DNA of 55,114 nt, from assembly GCA_963666315.2 (NCBI GenBank), contig CAXXHG010000017.1:1-55114 (forward strand). The letters run 5' to 3'. The position numbers were made by a program, and so were the translations under genes. The notes under the pieces were generated by a model that made no database searches, was not told where the DNA came from, and saw only the letters and a list, made by a program, of their open reading frames with translations. Of the stretch, positions 50,869 to 55,114 are shown piece after piece (the stretch's first letter is position 1; every line of letters starts with the position of its first letter). The DNA is from Candidatus Binatia bacterium (lineage in GTDB: Bacteria > Desulfobacterota > Binatia > Bin18).

Positions 50869-51402
50869 TTATTCAATGCTACACACCGGGCGTTCCACGT
50901 CTAAAACCATGAGCAAGCGACCCAGGCCAATGTATTGCCCGATCATCATGCCGAGTTCGAGGACTTCCGCATCTGAGAACTCCGCCCGGAGTTCCCGAAA
51001 AAACTCATCATCGATTTCGTGATGGCTGAGCGCCATTTTCTCGGCAAAACGTAAGGCCAATTTTTCTTGTGAGGTAAACGCGTCGCTATCTTGATAGGCA
51101 TCAATCTGGGCTATCTTTTCTTCCGTCAGACCGTCATGCATCACCGATGCAAAGCGCGCCTTCTTTCAGGTGAAGCAATTGTTGAGCTGGGCGATCCGCA
51201 ACCGCGCGAGTTCTTTTATCGCCGGCTTCACAACCCCGCCCTCATGTGTCGTATAGTAGAATTTGAAATACGACTGGAACATGTCCGCCCGATGCCCAAG
51301 CACCTGGAAGACGGTTCCACGCCCGGTTTCCTCGGCCTTTTTGACCCTTTCAGAAAATTCCGGTGTGAGTTTTTCTTTTGGCAGCACCCTGAGACGTGAC
51401 AT
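50869..51402 (-). CDS. AhpD/carboxymuconolactone-decarboxylase-like selenoprotein (177 aa, CxxU, Sec79 at TGA 51166-51168)
   Basis: ORFs 51166..51471 and 50869..51144 are in frame via 7 sense codons; readthrough gives KELARLRIAQLNNC-F-T-U-KKARFAS; hairpin 14 nt after TGA. Confidence 0.85.
51137..51151 (-). promoter_or_regulatory. Candidate bacterial SECIS upper stem-loop for the AhpD-like gene
   Basis: mRNA UGCAUC-GGU-GAUGCA perfect 6-bp stem; G-first loop begins 20 nt after UGA. Confidence 0.65.
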
Positions 51403-51516
51403 GCCCAACCCCTTTCTGTTTTGCGGAAGACGAGTCGGTCTGATACTAGACAACCGACTCTTGTCGGGCAAGGGTCTGAACTATACATATCTAAGGGCAT
51501 ATCAAAGGAGGCAGAA

Positions 51517-51897
51517 ATGGCAGACTCGGAACGGTATAAAAAAGGCGCAGCAAAGATGAAAGAACTCTTCGGTGTCGAACCCCGACCAGGGATGATGCAT
51601 GAAGATTTTCTGAATATTACCGTCGAAAATCTCTTCGGGGATGTGTGGGGACGAGACGGCTTAGCCATTCAAGAACGCTCTATGATCACCATGGCGGCCC
51701 TGACCGTACTGGGCCGAGATCCGGAGCTTAAGGTCCACATCCGTGGCGCACTGAATATTGGTATTAGTCGCGAGAAGATCAATGAGATTATGATCCATCT
51801 CGCCCACTATGGTGGCTGGCCCGTTGGCGTGAACGGCCTGCGGCTGGCTAAAGACGTTTTTGACAGTATTGATAAGAAGAAGGCCAAAAGCGAGTAA
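51517..51897 (+). CDS. Carboxymuconolactone decarboxylase family protein (PcaC-like)
   Basis: LFGDVWGRDGL...RSMIT.AAL, ELKVHIRGALNIG, HLAHYGGWP; AAGGAGG SD. Confidence 0.9.
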   Translation: MADSERYKKGAAKMKELFGVEPRPGMMHEDFLNITVENLFGDVWGRDGLAIQERSMITMAALTVLGRDPELKVHIRGALNIGISREKINEIMIHLAHYGGWPVGVNGLRLAKDVFDSIDKKKAKSE

Positions 51898-51917
51898 AAC
51901 GAGGAGCCAGACATTTA

Positions 51918-52069
51918 CAGGTCAAGTTTGGTCGCCTCCCATATCGTCAAAAAAGTAAGCAGGCCAAGCAGCTGTACGCCAAAGGACTGAGTAAATCGGA
52001 GATTGCCCGACGAGTGGGCATTGGGCGAATTCGGTACGGCGGATTTTGGAGACCGCTCCCTCAGCCTGA
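51918..52069 (+). pseudogene. Remnant C-terminal HTH of a serine resolvase/invertase
   Basis: Frameshifted fragments VKFGR..., KSKQAKQLYAKGLSKSEIARRVGIGR, SVRRILE; no catalytic domain upstream. Confidence 0.6.
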
Positions 52070-52125
52070 TTCCCGCAGAATTCGCTAGACAGGCTTAGGG
52101 GAAGGTGGATACCTGCCTGCCCCTC

Positions 52126-52944
52126 TCAGCGCGCGAGCGCCAGCATCGTGGTACCCCAGCCAGACAAAGCGACACCGGTGGCGGAGCCGAGCCAGTGGCC
52201 GGCGGGGACCATCTTTTGGAACAGCACGAACAGGGCGAGGCCCGCGACCCAGTAGAGGTTCATCACCCCGCTGAAAAAGAGGAGCCCCATCAGGGACCAA
52301 CAGCAGCCGACACAATAAGCGCCGTGTTCGAGGCCCATGCGCAGCGCGCCCCGGGGGCCTCGCCGCCAACGGGTGCTCAGGAAGGCCAGCGGAGATCGGC
52401 AGTGGCGAAGGCAAACCTGCTTTATTGGGGTAAGTTGGTAGGCGCCCGCGACGAGCAGCAGGACGCCGCCGAAGATCACATTGGTCCCGACGAGCATCGG
52501 TGAAAGAATACCGGTCCGCTCGAACCCCCACTGCAGGATCACCGCGACCAGGCTGAAGCCCGCCCACGCAGCGAGATAGCCGAGCGCGAAGATGCTCATC
52601 GCGACATAGGGCTGGCCGGTTTCGCGCTGCTTGCGATTGACCGTCGCGAACAACAGGATCATCGGCGCTGCGCTAGGCAGCATCATCGCCACCATCATGA
52701 TCCACCACATGAAGAACATCAGGACTCCATAGCCGGGCGTCCAGATCGCGGGCGTCATCATCGCTATGCCCCCTGCCATCCCGAGCTGCGCCAGGCGGGT
52801 CATCTCGAACGCCGACATGCCCATGCCGGCGCCGGCCAACAGATACGCCCACGACAGAGCGATCACCGCCGTCAGCGCGGTCACGACGACCAGACGACCA
52901 CGCCTGACCACGGCCTCAAGTGTGGCGTCGACGGGTACCGTCAT
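52126..52944 (-). CDS. DUF2182 family metal-binding integral membrane protein
   Basis: MWWIMMVAMMLPS, GYLAAW, YQLTPIK..CL.HCRSP, YCVGCCW.LM; start ATG 52944. Confidence 0.9.
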   Translation of the reverse strand: MTVPVDATLEAVVRRGRLVVVTALTAVIALSWAYLLAGAGMGMSAFEMTRLAQLGMAGGIAMMTPAIWTPGYGVLMFFMWWIMMVAMMLPSAAPMILLFATVNRKQRETGQPYVAMSIFALGYLAAWAGFSLVAVILQWGFERTGILSPMLVGTNVIFGGVLLLVAGAYQLTPIKQVCLRHCRSPLAFLSTRWRRGPRGALRMGLEHGAYCVGCCWSLMGLLFFSGVMNLYWVAGLALFVLFQKMVPAGHWLGSATGVALSGWGTTMLALAR

Positions 52945-53050
52945 TCCCTTTTCATCCCAGCATGTGCCCCGAATTCCGGGTACGGCGTGGCGGCACCACG
53001 TCGAAACCGGCCCCCGTTGGGGTCCCATGCCAGGACCGGGCGGCCAGCCC

Positions 53051-53690
53051 TCATGGCGTGCGGACCAAGCCATTCTGATTGAAGTGGAGCACGCAAAACT
53101 GGGCAAAGGAATCCGCGTACGCCATGTCCAGTCCACCGGTTACCAAGGTCGTCCCGAGTCCGAGTTCCGCGTACGTAAACTCGATGCTCCCACTCGGGCG
53201 GGCCAACGCAACGTGGAACGGTTCGCCACTGAATTCATTGACCAGCGGTCGGCCGCTGCCCTGCAGGACGCCCGGGATGTTCACCGCTGCAGTTCGGTGC
53301 AACGTTCGTGTCGAGATGAATCGGCAGGAACAGCGTCGCGCAAAATTCCGAGCAGTTGGACCCATAGACGGAGAAAATATTGCTCAGGGGGGTGCATGCC
53401 TCGCCTGAGATAATCGTTTCTAGGGCAACCCGCTGAGATTCATTCGCCCGCTCATTAATAACGATGAGGCGCTTGCCGTTTCCCTCCGCGATTTTCCCCG
53501 GGCACCGATAAAGCCCTGCCCACTTCAGGCCCGCTAGCGGCGTCTGATTGAAATGGCCTTCAACGACGCTACCGACATAGGCCGTCTGACAATAGCCATG
53601 TGTACTGGGCAGGTTAAATTGGCACCCACAGTTCATAGCGCAATTGCAATTATCGTAGCTCTCACTCTTGAATTCCCATTGGTCGGTCAT
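53051..53690 (-). pseudogene. DUF1326 family protein with a frameshift near 53305
   Basis: NCNC..NCGC.F..PSTHGYC, G.IAEGNG, DE/NERA..QR.AL in 53235..53690; C-terminal half in ORF 53051..53365. Confidence 0.78.
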
Positions 53691-53723
53691 CCTCGTCTCC
53701 CTCGGCCGACGTTCCTCTGCGGC

Positions 53724-54496
53724 CTACTCACCGTCGGCCACGGGGCCGAATATTGCCAGCGGGAAATCAGGCTCCAGGCCCAGCAATACTTGGCCAACCG
53801 TCTGATAGCGGCTCTCGGACACAAACCCGTGCTGGCGCAGCGTGTTGATATCCCGGAAGTAGCGCTCCAACGGACCACGTCGATAGATGCCCGTTTTCCC
53901 GGCAAGTCCGAAGATGAGGTCGACGGTTTCTACCGCGCTCCGCACGGTCCCCCGCAAACCAAGACTGTCCCAAGTGTCGATAATCGTCACATCGCTCGTG
54001 GAGATGAAGACGGCCCCCACCGTGTCATCGGGGAGGGCGATGAAAGTCAGCAACCAATCGGCGTCATGAATGTTGCTGGCCAGCTCATTCTGGCCGGACA
54101 CACGATAGCCCCCGTCTATAGGCACCGCCGGCATGGGTCGATGGGCAGATACAGAAATGACCGTATCCGGATTGTGAGCGCAAATCTCTTCGGCTCCCTC
54201 ATCCGGCAGCCGGGCGCAATACCAATTGCCCGAGTTCTCGGCCTGCGAGGTCCAGCCTGTCGCGCTGTCGAAGCGCGACACCTCCTCGATGATGCGGGCA
54301 CACGTGACTGGGTCGGTCTCGAGCCCCCCCCCAGTGAGCGCGGGACGAGCAACCGGAACAGGCCAGCGTCGCGCAACGCGTTGAGCACCACCTGCGGCAC
54401 CCGTCCATCCCGCTCTCCGGTGGCGCTGTGCTCGGCGATCAATGGCCCGAGGTTCGAGGCGGCAGCTACTAGGTCCGTGTCTATTGCGTGTGTCAT
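53724..54496 (-). pseudogene. Acyl-CoA-dehydrogenase-like flavin monooxygenase (HsaA/IacA type), frameshifted and internally deleted
   Basis: DAGLFRLLVPRSLGG then a shift at a homopolymer (about 54325-54332); W..LGLRGT fused directly to the C-terminal helix with LERYFRDI. Confidence 0.72.
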
Positions 54497-54590
54497 GTTG
54501 CTTCCTCCTTAGACTTGTCCCCGTATTGAGAATGACGGGAGCCTACTGCGGGCTATCTGGCCGCCAACATCGTACGTATCGTCTCGACTA

Positions 54591-54613
54591 TCAAGTGCAA
54601 AAAGTGCACTTGA
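54591..54613. promoter_or_regulatory. Candidate operator of the HxlR-like regulator
   Basis: TCAAGTGCA-AAAAG-TGCACTTGA perfect 9-bp inverted repeat between divergent genes. Confidence 0.55.
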
Positions 54614-54646
54614 TTCTTCGTGCGTTCGTCCGGTAGCCTGCAGGCT

Positions 54647-55114
54647 GTGCGAAGCTATAGTCAGTATTGCCCAATTGCGCAGGCGGCAGAGGTCCTGACG
54701 GAACGCTGGACGCTACTCGTGCTGCGCGAGCTGTTGTACCGGGGACACCGCTTTAACGATATCCGCCGCGGCGTGCCCCTCATGTCACAATCCCTCCTGG
54801 CCACGCGGCTGCGCGATCTTGAGGCGGCGAATCTCATCGAGCGCCGCGTACAACCGAACGGGGTCACCGAGTACCATGCGACTCAAGCTGGGCTGGCGCT
54901 CCAGCCGCTCATCCTTCAGTTCGGGGAATGGGGGAAGCAGTGGCTGCGGCGGCCGGCCACCCAGGACCAGCTGGACGCCGGGGTGCTCATGTGGGACATC
55001 CGCGGTGGCGTGGCTCCACGGAGCCTCCCACCCGGTCGGACCGTTGTCCAAGTGGAGTTCACCGACCTCCCCGGTGCGAAGAAGCATTGGTGGCTGGTGA
55101 ACGAGAAGGACGAG
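54647..55114 (+). CDS. HxlR-family winged-helix transcriptional regulator (partial, runs off window end)
   Basis: Not in the ORF track: GTG start, YSQYCPIAQAAEVLTERWTLLVLRELL..RFNDIRRGVPLMSQSLL..RL..LE. Confidence 0.88.
   Translation, partial: MRSYSQYCPIAQAAEVLTERWTLLVLRELLYRGHRFNDIRRGVPLMSQSLLATRLRDLEAANLIERRVQPNGVTEYHATQAGLALQPLILQFGEWGKQWLRRPATQDQLDAGVLMWDIRGGVAPRSLPPGRTVVQVEFTDLPGAKKHWWLVNEKDE

Noticed and set aside
1-55114. tRNA-Sec, selA/selB/selD, other tRNA or rRNA genes, prophage, intact IS
   Set aside because: None recognised by eye; Sec machinery would have to lie elsewhere, and tRNAscan-SE/Infernal were not run

Overview
A 55 kb bacterial chromosomal segment made almost entirely of small-molecule catabolic and redox enzymes in expanded paralogous families: 4 luciferase-like monooxygenases, 3 highly similar SDRs, 3 amidohydrolases, 2 CaiB CoA-transferases, 2 VOC, 2 MBL-fold, 2 double-hotdog, 3 NTF2-like proteins, hydantoinase A/B, an HpaB-like oxygenase and a stand-alone squalene-hopene cyclase. 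The repertoire resembles Candidatus Binatia/Entotheonella-like bacteria (inference only). The main signal missed by the ORF track is two probable selenoprotein genes, each split by an in-frame TGA in a redox motif and followed by a SECIS-like hairpin. One is a UGSC-family protein (U-G-S-C-T-T-C) behind its conserved partner gene. The other is an AhpD/CMD-like protein with a C-F-T-U motif heading a putative operon with a rhodanese and two CoA-transferases. Other notable elements: a solitary integron gene cassette with an attC site and no integrase; an 8x14-bp tandem repeat between an SDR's Shine-Dalgarno and start codon that encodes a ladder of ATGA-overlapped MTDLS mini-ORFs; a decayed tandem-cyclase/AAA/TPR gene; a hicBA module with a frameshifted Zn-finger-like neighbour; GTAG/CGTC REP elements; and a GC-richer decaying segment at the right end behind a resolvase remnant. 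I recognised no rRNA, tRNA or CRISPR array. Family calls come from motif recognition by eye, not from database searches.
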